Shown here: one piece after another, positions 1 to 13,045 of the stretch
Layout of the letters: each line of letters starts with the position of its first letter
Position numbering within the stretch: the stretch's first letter is position 1
Translations under genes and position numbers: made by a program
Notes under the pieces: generated by a model
Databases searched by the model: none
The model's input: only the letters and a program-made list of their open reading frames with translations
What the model was told of the DNA's origin: nothing
Source of the DNA: Squalus acanthias
Taxonomy: Eukaryota
Length of the DNA stretch: 64,000 nt
Reading direction: 5' to 3'
Assembly: GCA_030390025.1 (NCBI GenBank)
Contig: CM059432.1
Location: 43,092,001-43,156,000 of the forward strand

Positions 1-479
1 TTCTCTGATTGTGGTTAAAAAGTAATTATACCGTGTAACAACTTCGCCTGGTCGTAGGTGTGGGAAGATCTGATCATCTGATTAGTTTCAATCTGCATAG
101 TCAGTTAAATAGATGCAAAATTCCAGAACTATAGTTGCCTACCTGGATACTTTGAATCTAAGAGAGGTCTTCCACCAGAAAATCATGCTGATGAAAGGAA
201 TAGGAAGGGCTATATATTGGTTATAGTGCCACTGTTGGACTCAGATTCATGGAGCCCCAAGTTTAGATCTTTGCCTCAACCACGGTGTTAGATATTGACA
301 ACTTAACTAATTCTAAAGGGTGAAAATACAAGATGTAATTCTTGTGATATCTGGAGAATGCCCCTTCCCTAGAAATTATTAATTTTTGAAACTTTTGGGG
401 TAACTTTCAGATATGTGCTGGCAGTGGGTGAGGTTCCTCATCATCAGTGCCTACATGGAAAATTTAGGCTTTTATTTGG

Positions 480-627
480 CGTCAGAATAAGGGGTTGGCC
501 ATTTAAGACTGAGATGAGGAGGAATTTTTTCACTCAAAGGGTTGTGAATCTTTAGAATTCTCTACCCCAAAGAGCTGTGGATGCTGAATTGTTGAGTATA
601 TTCAAGACTGAGATAGATAGACTTTTG
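480..627 (+). mobile_element. CR1 LINE 3' fragment, left part, interrupted by Harbinger-1
   Basis: Matches the CR1 ORF2 C-terminus seen in other CR1 copies in the window (ataaggggt...actgagatgaggaggaattttttcactcaaagggttgtgaatct). Resumes after 4915. Confidence 0.8.
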
Positions 628-906
628 GGGCTGGATTTTGATACTGGGGCGGGCTAGGGTCGTGTAATCTGCATTTCGTGTTCGCCATCCGTTTCTAAAT
701 CGATGTGGGAGAATGATGCCATTTTAACCTAATTGGCCAATTGAGTTCCAACGTGTGGGAACCCATGGCCAGTGAGTTTTTCCAGTCTGAAAGTCGCCTC
801 CGATGACGTCATCATTGCTGCTGCATTTAAGGTCTGCAACAAGCCTTGCTTCTTCTGCAGACTGCCAAGCTTTTGCCCTTGCATGTTAGAGGCACCTGCA
901 GGAAGA

Positions 907-2868
907 ATGGCCAGCCAGAGACCTAGGTCTGCACCCCGCTTTGATGATGTTGCCCTGCAGGCTTTAGTAGAGGGAGCAAGAGCAAACAGAGAGGTGCTCT
1001 TCCCTTCTTCAGGTAGGAAGAAGCCTCCCCAGCAAACCAAGGCTGTGTGGATCCAGGTGGCAGAGGAGGTCAACTCTTTGTCAATAACCTGCAGAACCTG
1101 GCTTCAGTGGAGGAAGAGGCTTCATGACCTTCTGCGCACTGGAAAAGTGAATATGAATTTCCCATCACCCTCAATCTGATCCCATTGCCTCTCCTCACCA
1201 GCACTCAGCTTTAGCAATCTCTTCCTCCACATCCCACTTGACACTGACATCAATGCACCCTTTCCCATTCCCTCTCTCTCTATGGTCACATTCACCTAAC
1301 TATTCGACTATGCAGCCCTCACACTCCCTATCACTGTGATGCAATTACAACTTACAACACACAGGGAGGGCCCTTGGTCTTGCCACCTCACTCCATCTTT
1401 GTCTCCTTCTAAGCATCTATGCTATGGATTCTCTACACTCACTCCTTCATTCTCACTCAAACTCCACTTGTCTCCCTCATTGCAGGAAAAGACAGCTCAC
1501 AATAAGAGGGAAAGAGCGAGGACAGGAGGAGGGCCACCCTCAGTAGCCCAGCTCACCACCTGGGAGGAGGCAGTCCTGGAGATGGTGGGAGTGGAGGAAG
1601 ATTCCCAAGTGGGGGACGGACAGACAGGCACATCACAGCAAGCTGGTGACAGAATAGTTTTCCATCTCTCTCAATGACATTGCATGAGTCGCTGATAATG
1701 ATGCTGAAGCTCTAACAGATGGACTTATGATCATCTGCAATATGCAATGTGCATGTAACCTTGGCCTCACATCTCTGACTCTTTCCTTTACTCCCCCCCA
1801 GGACAATCGCAAGCACTCATCCCCACTATCCAGGAGGAAGAGCATGAGCCTCAAGACTCCTCAGAGGAAGCTGCAACCTCTGAGGGCGCAGCATCAGCAG
1901 GAATCAGCGCACCCAGCACCAGCGCAGAGACTCACACCTCGGAGGGAACATCGCGAGATAGAGTAGTGTTGTCACCTGGTGTATCACAGCTCACAAGTGA
2001 GCATCAGCAGATAGTGGAGACAGGGACAGCAGTGGAGAGTCCTAGTCGGAGGGCGCAGGACTCTCCCAGCTCGGCCCAGCTGCATGTCGACCCTCTGCCT
2101 CTGGGTCCATCCAGAAGAAGAGCGGTGCTGGAACTCCAGGAACAGATGCAGGAGTCTCTGGCAGGTTTTGTCTCCAGGGTCGCTGTGAGTGTGGAGCGAA
2201 TGGAGGAGTCCATTGCGAACATGAGCAGAGCCTTTGTGGAGTCATTGGCGCATGAACGCATCACCATGGAAAGGATGGCAACCTCCGTGGAAAGGATGGC
2301 TACAGTAGAGGAGAGGATGGCTACGGCCATGGAGGAGCTAAGTCGCCAGAGTGTAGAAAACATGGTCATTGTTCAGAATAGACTGGCATCTCTTGAGGAG
2401 CGATGGTCAGCTACTGAGCATAGAAACCAGACCTTCATGGAAGTCCTCTGGAGTAGGACTTCCAGTGCAGAAACGGGTCCTCATGGCCCCCCTGAAGGGC
2501 AGCAAGGTGCTGTCAAGCCACCTGCTAGCTCTGAAGTGGGGCTGACCTATGAGAGGGATGTTGGTGGCAGTCAACAAGGAAGTGGGGGCTCCTCTCCAAG
2601 CGCTCAAACAACCATGCCACTGCAAAGCCCTCGGTCAGAGCCCTACCAGAGTCCTCACCCAACTGAGATGGGAGTCTCATACCCTGCACAGCCGCAGGAG
2701 CAGCAGACTGTTGGCGAACCCTCACAGGTTCGCAACCCCAGAGGACGCCCGCCAAAGGTGTCGAGACAGGAGCAGCAAGAAAGTGAGCAAGGGGCCTCCA
2801 CATCTGCTAAAGCCACAGGGGAAGCACCACGTAAGAGCACGCGTAAGAGAAAGACAGTGCACAAATAG
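907..2868 (+). CDS. Harbinger Myb/SANT-like DNA-binding protein, 3 exons (907-1146, 1486-1645, 1802-2868), 488 aa, open
   Basis: Exon 1 encodes APRFDDVALQALVEG..REVLF..W..VAEEVN..RTWLQWRKRLHDL. Exon 2 encodes AHNKRERARTGGGPP (typical post-Myb motif). GT-AG introns in phases 0 and 1 join into one frame ending in a basic NLS-like tail (PRKSTRKRK). Same exon 1/2 lengths in copy 2. Confidence 0.85.
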
Positions 2869-3125
2869 TCACAAGGGTAGTCACTTGGGTGAATTTTGAT
2901 GTTTTATGTTAAAAAGCCATCAGATGATTACTGTAAATAAAAAATCTGATGGCTACTGCTGTAGTTGTGGCGTGTGTCATTTCGCAAATGGGACTTCCAC
3001 ATTGAGAGCTTAGGATTACTTGCAATTGTCAGTATGGTGGTCAAAGTGTTAGGAATCTGCTGGTTCTTGGCCATTGTCGAGGCTCAGGTAAGAAACTGCG
3101 AGGCATAAGTGCTTGATTGGCTAGG

Positions 3126-4395
3126 CTAAGCAAATCTGGCCAAGATGAGTGCATTCCTTGCATCCCGGGCAGCAATGTTCTCGCGTACTGCTGCCGCTGG
3201 TTGATGGGCCTCTGCAAGATGTTCATTCTCTCTCTCCTCCTCCTCCTCCGCCTCCTCCACCTCATCTGAGGAGGATATGTGACGAGCCATTTGGTCCTCA
3301 GGAATCTGCAAGCCACGACACTGTGCCATGTTGTGAAGTGCACAGCAAACCATGACGATTCTGGAGACCCTGACTGCTGAGTACTGCAGGGCTCCACCTG
3401 ATCTAACCAGGCATCTGAAGCGCATCTTCAGCAAACCGATGGTTTGTTCGATTATGGATCTGGTGGACATGTGGCTGGAGTTGTAGCTCTCCTCAGCTTC
3501 GTTGCATGGGCTCTTAAACGGCGTCATTAGCCACGTCTTCAGGGGATAGCCCTTGTCTCCAAGTAGCCATCCGTTAAGTTGGTCTGGCGGACTGAATAGC
3601 GGATGACAACTAGACTGGCGCAGTATGAAGGAGTCATGGCAACTGCCAGGGTACTTGGCACAAACATGCAAAATTTCCTTCTTGTGATCACACACCAGCT
3701 GAACGTTGAGGGAGTGGAAGCCCTTGCGGTTGACAAAAATACCTGGATTGCGATGGGGTGCCTTAAGGGCCACTTGTGTGCAGTCAACGATGCCCTGCAC
3801 CCTTGGAAAGCCTGCCAGATTAGCAAATCCAACCGCACGCGCCGTGACACTTGCTTGATCCTTGGTGAAATGGATGTGAGTGTGTGCGATGGCAAAGAGG
3901 GCATCGGTTACCTGCGTGATGCAAGTGTGTGCGGCCGCCTGGGAGATGCCGCTGATGTCTGCTGCTGATCCCTGGAATTACCCTGAGGCAAAAAAGTGGA
4001 GTGCGGTGGTGACTTTGATGGCCACTGGTAAGGGTTGTCCACCTGGTCCTCTGGGCTCCAGGTCTTGTTGCAGCATTGCGCAGATGTCACCCACTACCTC
4101 TCGCAAAAGTCAGAGCCGCCTTTGGCACTGCTGCTCAGACATGTTGAGGTAGCTGACCCTGTGTCTGTAGACCCTGTTTGGGGGGGTATCTCCTGCACCG
4201 ATGGGCTTCCATGCGCTGGCCCCTTCTGGCCTGTGCAGCTTCAGGTGGGTGAGCAGCAGCTTGGCGCTCCTGTTGTTGCTGCTGCTGTTGTTGCTGCTGC
4301 TGTTGGTGCTGCTGTTGTTCATGGTTGTGCTGATGCTGCGGCTGGTCTTCAACCTCATCTGATGTCCAGAAGGGAAGGAAATAAATGGCTCCCAT
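3126..4395 (-). pseudogene. Harbinger (HARBI1-like) DDE transposase, disrupted
   Basis: Motifs [60 protein letters not shown]. +1 frameshift in the C-run near 4180-4186 and stops at ~4110 and ~3978. Confidence 0.92.
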
Positions 4396-4915
4396 GCTTC
4401 TGGTATATGCCTCAGTTGAGGAAGCGCTCAGTCAAGGTGGCGAGAGGGGTTTCCCAGGAGGTCACACTGGAGATGGTTGTCAGGCTCCAAACTTCCACAG
4501 CTGTGGTTATGCCTTCTAAAAGTTCCCCCAGACCTGAGACAGCAAAGTCCTGCCACCTGCAAATGATGGCTGATCAAATCTCCTATTTAATGGTTGAGCT
4601 GCAGCTGATAGTCAGCAATCCAATTGTGCTACCGTCAGGTTTCACCGTCATGTTTCAGAACAGGCGTGCTTCACGTGGGAAAAGGGTTAAAATCACAAAG
4701 GCCTATCAAAATGGCATTATAGAAGCAATTTAGTGCTTGTTAAGGGCCTTAACGGCCTATCCCGCCTCTTGGAGGCAGGACAGAGACGGGACCAGTAGAC
4801 ACGATTTAATAAAAATTGCGTGGAGGCGGGATGGAGGCGGGGTTGGGCCCGCCCGCCAGTTTTTGCAATTTTAACCACCCACATGCCTCCAATCCCGATG
4901 AAAATCCAGCCCTTG

Positions 4916-5066
4916 GTCTCTAGGGGAATCAAGGGATATAGAGATCAGGTGGGAAAGTGGAGTTGAGGTTGAAGATCAGACATGATCTTATTGAATGGCA
5001 GAGCAGGCTCGAGGGGCTGTTTGGCCTACTCCTGCTCCTAATTCTTATGTTTTTATGGTCTTATGT
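4916..5066 (+). mobile_element. CR1 LINE 3' UTR/tail, right part of the element split by Harbinger-1
   Basis: gaatggcagagcaggctcgaggggc..ggcctactcctgctcct followed by a (ttcttatg)-type tail. Confidence 0.8.
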
Positions 5067-5520
5067 TCTTCGGTCAATAGCTGGAGTAGTATGCAGTACC
5101 AGAGAATTCCACCTGAGGCAGTAAGGGTATCACCCAGCAGAAGGACAACCCCATCCAATCTACCCCCTCCTATGATTGCAGTACATCAGCTTACTTTTTT
5201 TGTAAATTGTTAGATCATTCAGTATCAAATCAGACTGGTTTGGCAGACATGGATGGTATTCAAAAGCCTGTTGCTATTCTAGAATAAAGGCAGGACAATG
5301 ATAATTGTGTTGCAGATAAATGCCAGAGACTGCCAACTTGTGCAGGTTGCACCTTTATATGAGATTGCAAAGTGTTGTAAGGACCAGGAAACCCAATTAC
5401 ACTGGCTTTTGATCTTAGGGTAAATTTAGTGATCCTGCACTGCCAACGGGGAGCCCCAGTCAATGCTGTGACTACCACAACTAGTACTGCTACTGCTACT
5501 ATGATGACTACTTTGATGTG

Positions 5521-5602
5521 ATGATGCGGAGATGCCGGTGTTGGACTGGGGTGGACAAAAATGAGAAGTCGCACAACACCAGGTTATAGTCCAACAGCGA
5601 CT
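5521..5602 (-). mobile_element. Short retroelement terminal stub (probably Penelope-like), 82 bp
   Basis: Flanked by 13-bp direct repeat CTACTTTGATGTG (5508-5520, 5603-5615). Family assignment is from recalled similarity only. Confidence 0.5.
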
Positions 5603-5980
5603 CTACTTTGATGTGGCAAGGGAGGTGAGTAGCAAAATTCAAATAACTAAATCCAGATTGGTGAGCCAGCGGTTAGCTTCAGAAGTGGCTTGGTGCAAGT
5701 CTGTAAGCTACCAAAACATTTCATAATTTAAAAATCTTTATTGAAACTCCTCTTAGCTTTTTCTGCTCCAGTGGAAATAGTCCCAGTATCTCAAGTCTCT
5801 CCTCATAACAATAGTTTATCATCCCTGGCATCAATCTGGTGAACCTACACTATGCGTGCGCTATGATTCTAATGTCCTTACTGCAGTGGGGTGTCAAAAC
5901 TACAAACAGTCCTCTAACTGTTTATTTAATAAATATTTAATATTTTGTACACATTTATCATTATTTCTTACTCTTGTAAT

Positions 5981-6130
5981 CAATGTTTCCTCTAATTTTA
6001 TTTTGGGTGCGTGGCCCCTTTAACGGACTGCATGGCCCATTCAGATTTTCGCGCATGCGCGGTTTTTCCATTTAAAAGCCGGTGAGCGGCCTGTGCGGAA
6101 CATCCAGATCGCAGCATAGGGGCAACATTG
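5981..6130. mobile_element. hAT-type MITE (150 bp)
   Basis: TIR CAATGTT.CC.CTA / TAGGGGCAACATTG. Perfect 8-bp TSD CTTGTAAT (5973-5980, 6131-6138). Inserted in a decayed minus-strand CR1 fragment. Confidence 0.85.
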
Positions 6131-6562
6131 CTTGTAATCTATGTCCACATTTATAAAACCTAAAATGCTGTTGTCCTTTTTTTATGGATTTATCCGTCTG
6201 CACTCGATATGGTAGTCTCGTGGTTATGGTACAGGACTAGCAGCCCAGAGGTTGTGAATTCTAAATTCTGAATTTAATAAATCTGGTAATTTGTGGGTTT
6301 TCACAAAAACACCAACCTGCTGGATTTCTGTAAAGACCTGACTGGGTCATTCTACCTGATCTGGCCTACGTGTGACTCCAGTACCACACTATGTGCTTCA
6401 CTCTTAATGCTCTCAGGGCAACTTCATTGTTTCTGCTTCCAAAACGTGTTACCTCACACTAATCCACATTAAATTGCATTGGCCACCTGTCTGGCTATTC
6501 CGCTAACCAACCTATGTCAACGTGAAGTCTTCAGTATTTATCAGATCGTGCTTCCTATGTTA

Positions 6563-9500
6563 GAAACATAGAAGAAAACATAGAAAAATGGGAGCAGGAG
6601 TAGGCCATTCGGCCCTCCGAGCCTGCTCCGCCATTCAATATGATCATGGCTGATCCTCTATCTCATTACCATATTCCCGCTCTCTCCCATACCCCTTCAT
6701 GCCTTTTGTGTTCAGAAATCTATCTACCTCCTTCTTAAATATATTCAGTGACTTGGCCTCCACAGCCTTCTGTGGTAGAGAATTCCACAGGTTCACCACC
6801 CTCTGAGTGAAGAAATTTCTCCTCATCTCAGTCCTAAATGTCCTACCCCGTATCCTGAGACTGTGACCCCTCGTTCTCGACCCCCCCAGCCAGAGGAAAC
6901 ATCCTCCCTGCATCCAGTCTGTCTAGCCCTGTCAGAATTTTAGATGTTTCAATGAGATCCCCTCTCATTCTTCTAAACTCTAGTTAATACAGGCCTTGTT
7001 GACCCAATCTCTCCTTATATGAAAGTCCTGCCATCCCAGGAATCAGTCTGATGAACCTTCGCTGCACTCCCTCTATGGCAAGTATATCCTTTCTTAGGTA
7101 AGGAGACCAAAACTGCACACAGTACTCCAGGTGTGGTCTCACCAAGGCCCTGTATAACTGTAGTAAGACATCCTTGCTCCTGTACTCAAATCCCCTTGCA
7201 ATGAAGGCCAACATACCATTTGCCTTCCTAACTGCTTGCTGCACCTGCTTGTTTGCTTTCAGTGACTGGTGTACAAGGATACCCAGGTCCCTTTGTACAT
7301 CAACATTTCCCAATCTATCACCATTTAAATAATACTCTGCCTTTCTGTTTTTTCTACTGAAGTGGATAACTTCACATTTATTCATGTTATACTGCATCTC
7401 CCATGTATTTGCCCACTCACTCAACTTGTCTAAATCACCTTGAAGCCTCTTTTATCCTCCTCACAGCTCGCAATCCCACCTAGTTTTGTGTCGTCAGCAA
7501 ACTTGTAAATATTACATTTGGTTCCCTCATCCAAATCATTGATATATATTGTGAATAGCTGGGGCCCAAGCACTGATCCCTGCGATACCCCACTAGTCAC
7601 CGCCTGCCACCGGTGAAAAAGACCCATTTATTCCTACTCTCTGTTTCCTGTCTGTTAACCAATTTTCAATCAATGCCAGTATATTACCCCCAATCCCATG
7701 TGCTTTAATTTTGCACACTAACCTCTTATGTAGGACTTTATCAAAGGCCTTCTGAAAATCCAAATACACCACATCCACTGGTTCTCCCTTATCTATTCTA
7801 CCAGTTACATCCTCAAAAAACTCCAGTAGGTTTGTCAAACACGATTTCCCTTTCATAAATCCATGTTGACTCTGTCTAATCCCATTGATATTTTCTAAGT
7901 GTCCTGTTATCACATCCTTTATAATAGACTCTACCATTTTCCCTACTACTGATGTTAGGCTAACCGGTCTGTAGTTCCCTGTTTTCTCTCTCCCTCCTTT
8001 TTTAAATAGTGAGGTTACATTTGCCACCCTCCAATCTGCAGGAACTGTTCCATAATCAATAGAATTTTGGAAGATGACAACCAATGCATCCACTATTTCC
8101 ATGGCTACCTCATTTAGTACTCTGGGATGCAGATTATCAGGCCCTGGGGATTTATCGGCTTTCAGTCCCATTAATTTCTCCAGCACTATTTTTTTACTAA
8201 TACTAATTTCCTTTAATTCCTCCTTCTCACTAGACCCTTGGTTCCCTAGCATTTCTGGGAAGTTATTTGTGTCCTCTTCCGTGAAGACAGAACCAAAGTA
8301 TTTGTTTAATTGCTTAGCCATTTCCTTGTTCCCCATTATAAATTCTCTCTTTTCTGACTGTAAGGGACCTACATTTGTCTTCACTAATCTTTTTCTTTTT
8401 ACGTACTTGTAGAAGCTTTTACAATCTGCTTTTATGTTCCTTGCAAGTTTACTCTCATACTCTATTTTTCCCCTCTTAATCAATCTCTTGGTCCTTTTTT
8501 GCTGAATTCTAAACTGCTCCCAATCCTCAGGCTTGCTACTTTTTCTGGCAACTTTATATGACTCCTCTTTGGATCTAATACTATCCTTAATTTCTTTTGT
8601 TAGCCATGGTTGTGCCGCTTTTCCTTTTGTGTTTTTGCGCCAGAAAGGAAAGTATAACTGTTGCAATTCATGCATTTGTTCCTTGAATATTAGCCATTGC
8701 CTATCCACCGTCATGCTTTTAATGAAGCTCTCCAAGCTATCATAGCCAACTCACTCCTCATACATTCGTAGTTTCCTTTGTTTAGATTTAGGACCCTAGT
8801 TTCGGATTAGACTACTTCACTTTCCATCTTAATGAAGAATTCTATCATGTTATGGTCACTCTTCCCTAAAGGACCCCACACAACAAGATTATTAATTAAC
8901 CCCTTCTCATTGCACAATACCCAATCTAGGATAGCCTGTTCCCTAGTTGGCTCCTCAATGTACTGGTCTAAAAAACCATCTCGTACACACTCCAGGAATT
9001 CATCCTTCACAGTATTATTGCTAATTTGGTTTGGCCAGTCGCCCATGATTATTGTAGTACCCTTGTTTCATGCATCTCTAATTTCCTGTTTGATGCCATC
9101 CCCTACATTACCACTACTGTTTGGAGGCCTATAGACAACTCACACCAATGTTTTCTGCCCCTTGGTGCTTCTTAGCTCCACCCAGTCTGATTCTGCATCT
9201 TGATCCTTTCTCATCCTTTACTAACAATGCCACCCCACCTCCTTTTCCTTTTTGCCTGTCCTTCCTAAATATTGAATATCCTTGGATATTCAGCTCCCAG
9301 CCTTGGTCACCCTGCAGTCATGTCTCCGTAATTGAAATTATATCATATCCGTTTACATCTATTTGTGTTGTTAATTCATCTACCTTATTACGAATGCTTT
9401 GTGCATTTAGATACAGTGCCTTTAGGTTTGTCTTTTTAACATTTTTAGACATCTTAACATCTTTTTGTACTATGGCCCTATTTGTCTTATTACCATTTTT

Positions 9501-10070
9501 TCATACCCAGACCCTATTTGTTAGTGCACTCTTTTGTTTGTACACTCTGTCCCTTCCTGACACAATCGGGTTATCCTTACCCGAAACACTTTCCTGCACT
9601 GCTTCCTTGTCTTTTCTCTTTAGCATTCTAGATTTCTCTCCACTGGGACCCTCCCCCACTAATTTAGTTTAAAGCCCTATCTACCTCCCGAGTTATTCAA
9701 TTTGCTAGAACTCTGGTCCCAGCATGGTTCAGGTGTAGTCCGTCCCAACGGAACAGCTCTCTCTTTCCCCAGTACTGGTGCCAGTGTCCCATGAATCAAA
9801 ATCCACTTCTCCCACACCAATCTTTGAGCCACGCATTCATCTCCCTGATCCTATTGACCCAATACCAATTTGCTCGTGGCTCAGGTAATAATCCAGAGTT
9901 ATTACCTTTGTGGTTCTGCTTTTTAATTTAGTCCCTCTCTCTCAGCAGATCCTCTTTCTTAGTCCTACCTATGTCGTTGGTACCTACGTGGACCACGACA
10001 ACTGGATCCTCCCCCTCCCACTCCAAGTTCTTCTCCAGTCGAGAGGAGATGTCCTTTACCCTGGCACCTT
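6563..10070 (-). mobile_element. CR1 LINE, near full length, decayed (ORF1 esterase part, APE, RT, 3' tail)
   Basis: ORF fragments: VVVVHVGTNDIG (SGNH esterase), LGKSDHNMIEF (APE), KSPGPD, NYRPVSL, LDFQKAFD, QGSVLGP, KFADDTK, LVRPHLEYC. (catagaa)-type tail at 6563-6590. Confidence 0.93.
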
Positions 10071-10154
10071 GTTCAAGTACAAATCTTCTATCTAACAAAT
10101 GTGCACCCAGCACGATCCCAGGGTACTTCATTTTCAAACTGATTCACAATCTTT

Positions 10155-10515
10155 TTTTATTTCATGGGATCTGGGCATCGCTGGCAAGGCCAGCATTTAT
10201 TGCCCATCCCTAATTGCCCTTGAGAAGGTGGTGGTGAGCCGCCTTCTTGAACTCCTGCAGTCCTTGTGGTGAACGTACTCCCACAGTGCTGTTAGGTGGG
10301 GAGTTCCAGGATTTTGACCCAGCAACGATGAAAGAACAGCGATATACTTCCAGGTCAGAATGGTGTGTGACTTGGAGGGGAAATTGGAGGTGGTGGTGTT
10401 CCCATGCGCCTGCTGCCCTTGTCCTTCTAGATGGTAAAGGTCACGGGTTTGGGAGATGCTGTCGAAGAAGCCTTGGCGAGTTGCTGCAGTGCATCTTGTA
10501 AATGGTACACACTAC
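10155..10515 (-). mobile_element. LINE (CR1/L2 group) 3' end fragment
   Basis: Minus-strand ORF end (TIYKMHCSNSPRLLRQHLPNP) followed by UTR and A-rich tail. Confidence 0.6.
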
Positions 10516-13045
10516 TCCTATGTGTCTGTTATTTTATGTGCCCTTAAATGTGTTTAATAGATAACTAGTAAAGTTTATGAAACTCTGAGACAGCCATGCT
10601 GGAGGGATTGGTTGATTTGACATAGAATAACCTATAGCAGTTAAACCTCTTTAACAACCCACTGAGTCTATGCACAATTCTTATATCAAAATGTGTTTGC
10701 CTTATTATTTTAGAGTGTTTTTAAAAATCTGCTTAATGAATAGCATCTATAGGATATTCATAGAAAGACCTTCATATGGAAGCCAATTCATATCAACTTT
10801 GCAAAAAAAGAACGACAATGGAAATTGAAATATATGGTATACTGATGTTGATTAGCAGGCATTTTGTTCATGTCTGAAATTTGTTTTACAGCTAACAAGT
10901 TGAAATATCTGCAATGACTGGATATCCGAAGTATACAGCCTCTCAAAACTCATTTCATGAAAAAGGAAAAGCAGACTAATCCTATCTTTGGTCTAACTAC
11001 AGGTTTAATTTCTAAGCTGTGATCCAGATGCTAGGATAAAGCATTCCAATGAACAAGGGTATCAGTGTTCATTAAAAGCAAGTTCAAGTAATCTGATATT
11101 AGTAAGGACAAGGCACTTAAGCATGGAAATGGAACACCCACTAGAAACGTCCACAAATCATTAATCAGGTTTAACTTCACAACAAGCCTCAGAAGTCCTC
11201 ATTCAAGGAGGCTTGACAGAGTTCATCTGTCTACTGATTTGTAGCAAAGGCCAAATATGTCAATATGAGCATATTATATAGTTTAAGAAAAGAGGAAGAA
11301 CATCAGATTAAGCCAACAGTCCTGACCACCAACAAGCTATGTTGTACATGATGACTGACAATGCAGCTGCAGTAAACCTCCAAAGAACTCTAATTACTTT
11401 TTCAATTCTCAGAGCACACGGACAGCAGTGTAACATTTCACTCGAGCCATGCTTTACTGATATCCCAGCTTTTTCCCAAAATTGCCTCACTGTTCCAACA
11501 GCACAGAAGGAGACCATTCCACTCATCGTGTGAGTCATCATGTGCCGGCTCTTTGAAAGAGCTAATTTATTTTTTACATTTTTCACCATTATTCTGCCTT
11601 GCTACCATAACACTGTCCCCTTCAACTGGGAGGGCAGTCACACCCTCAATTTCTCCACAACATCTGTTAATGTACCTCCAGACTGGATACCAGAAAGTGA
11701 ACTATGATAGAACCTTATCTGTTTTGCCTTCCCTTGAAATGGAAATTCCCTTCAATATTCTGATGAAATACAGCTACTGATCCAATTAGGAAAGAAAGAA
11801 CCTGCTACAAAATTTCGAGGGTCTCGCTCCACCAGTGGAAGTGCAGCATAGTGGAACTCCAGGCCAGGTAGCTCAGGTCTGTGGACATGACCCCGTCCCA
11901 AATTGTAGAGATGGGATCACTAACATAATTGGCACGGGCAGCCCAGGCCTGTAAAGATGCTTCAGAGGCAACCACGTCACAGCCACTGGGTAAATCAGAG
12001 CAGTGGCATACTACTCAAGCGGCGGAACGGTGCCTGGGAAGGCCGAAGAGTAAATGGGACCACCTTTTTAAAATGTTCCTATGGGAGTTAACCACCATGT
12101 TAGAAAGGTAATTGGTCTGGGATTTGACTACCTTTCCATAGTGTGCAGTCCCGAGCCTGGACTGGGCTCTCAAAAGAACTCACAGCAGCTCTCACTAAAA
12201 CTCCCGGAAAAGCCTAGGAACTTCCCCGGAGATGCGCTCTTGACATGGAAGGGGTTGGGCAGAATCGCCCCTATTCCTCCTTAAACTGGAATTTGTTCCT
12301 TTTTTTGCACAGAGTGGTATTCCAGTGGATCTAGGTTCCACCCCAAATCAGCATCTACCCTGTCAATCCCCCCCAGAATAATGGATAAGTCATTGAGGAG
12401 GAATGAAAATTGTGTGTGATATTCAGGTCTGGGCCCACTGGATACCTTGGTAAAGGATGCTCCAATGCTTTTGTGTTTGAGCCATTTAGAAGGTGCTGAG
12501 GTGTAACTCTTGCCTTGTTCTCCCACACTATCTGGTTTCTGCAGGATAGGCATCACATAGAGTTATAGCACAAGAAAAATATACATTTGATTGCTTTGGA
12601 ATATTTCATCTGTCTCTAATGGGAGAAATTCACCTGTTTAGTATTTGTACCCCTTTTATATTATTTGGCTTGGTTAAAAATGAGATGCAATGATAATTCA
12701 GCTGAAATGAACTGGGAAAAATCATGAATAATTTATATAGTGGAATATATCACAGTAGATGCACACTTAATACATACATTACTTTATAAATGTCTATAAG
12801 AACATTAGCTGTTTACAACTAATTCTAGGTTTGAGTGAATGGTCTGAGAACAGGTCACCACCAAATGCACATCTGTTTAATGTCAAATTTATACTGTGCT
12901 GAATGCAGGATTAGTTCTGTTTTCACAGCAGCGCAAGAGAGGAGCCACGTTTCTACTGCCCAGTCCAGCGCATTTGTAGAGTGCTGCTAGCTGACTGCTG
13001 GTGAAAAGGCCTAATGAGATAGTCAGCTCTTTTTAATTATTATAG

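Larger units (their letters stand above)
628..4912. mobile_element. PIF/Harbinger DNA transposon, full length (copy 1)
   Basis: Perfect 12-bp TIR GGGCTGGATTTT (628-639) / AAAATCCAGCCC (4901-4912). 3-bp TSD TTG (625-627, 4913-4915). Convergent Myb/SANT and DDE transposase genes. Confidence 0.95.

Noticed and set aside
3126..3800. Host HARBI1 gene
   Set aside because: Lies within TIR/TSD-bounded transposon, is multi-copy and has disabling mutations.
4035..4733. 232-aa plus-strand ORF (and 58376-58846)
   Set aside because: Antisense shadow of the transposase polyQ region. No recognisable domain, and length differs between copies.
628..10070. Segmental duplication with 54746-64000 (Harbinger followed by minus-strand CR1 in both)
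   Set aside because: TSDs, flanks and intervening sequences differ, so these are independent insertions of related families.
11308..11589. Host exon
   Set aside because: Short ORFs on both strands without recognisable homology or convincing splice-site pairs.
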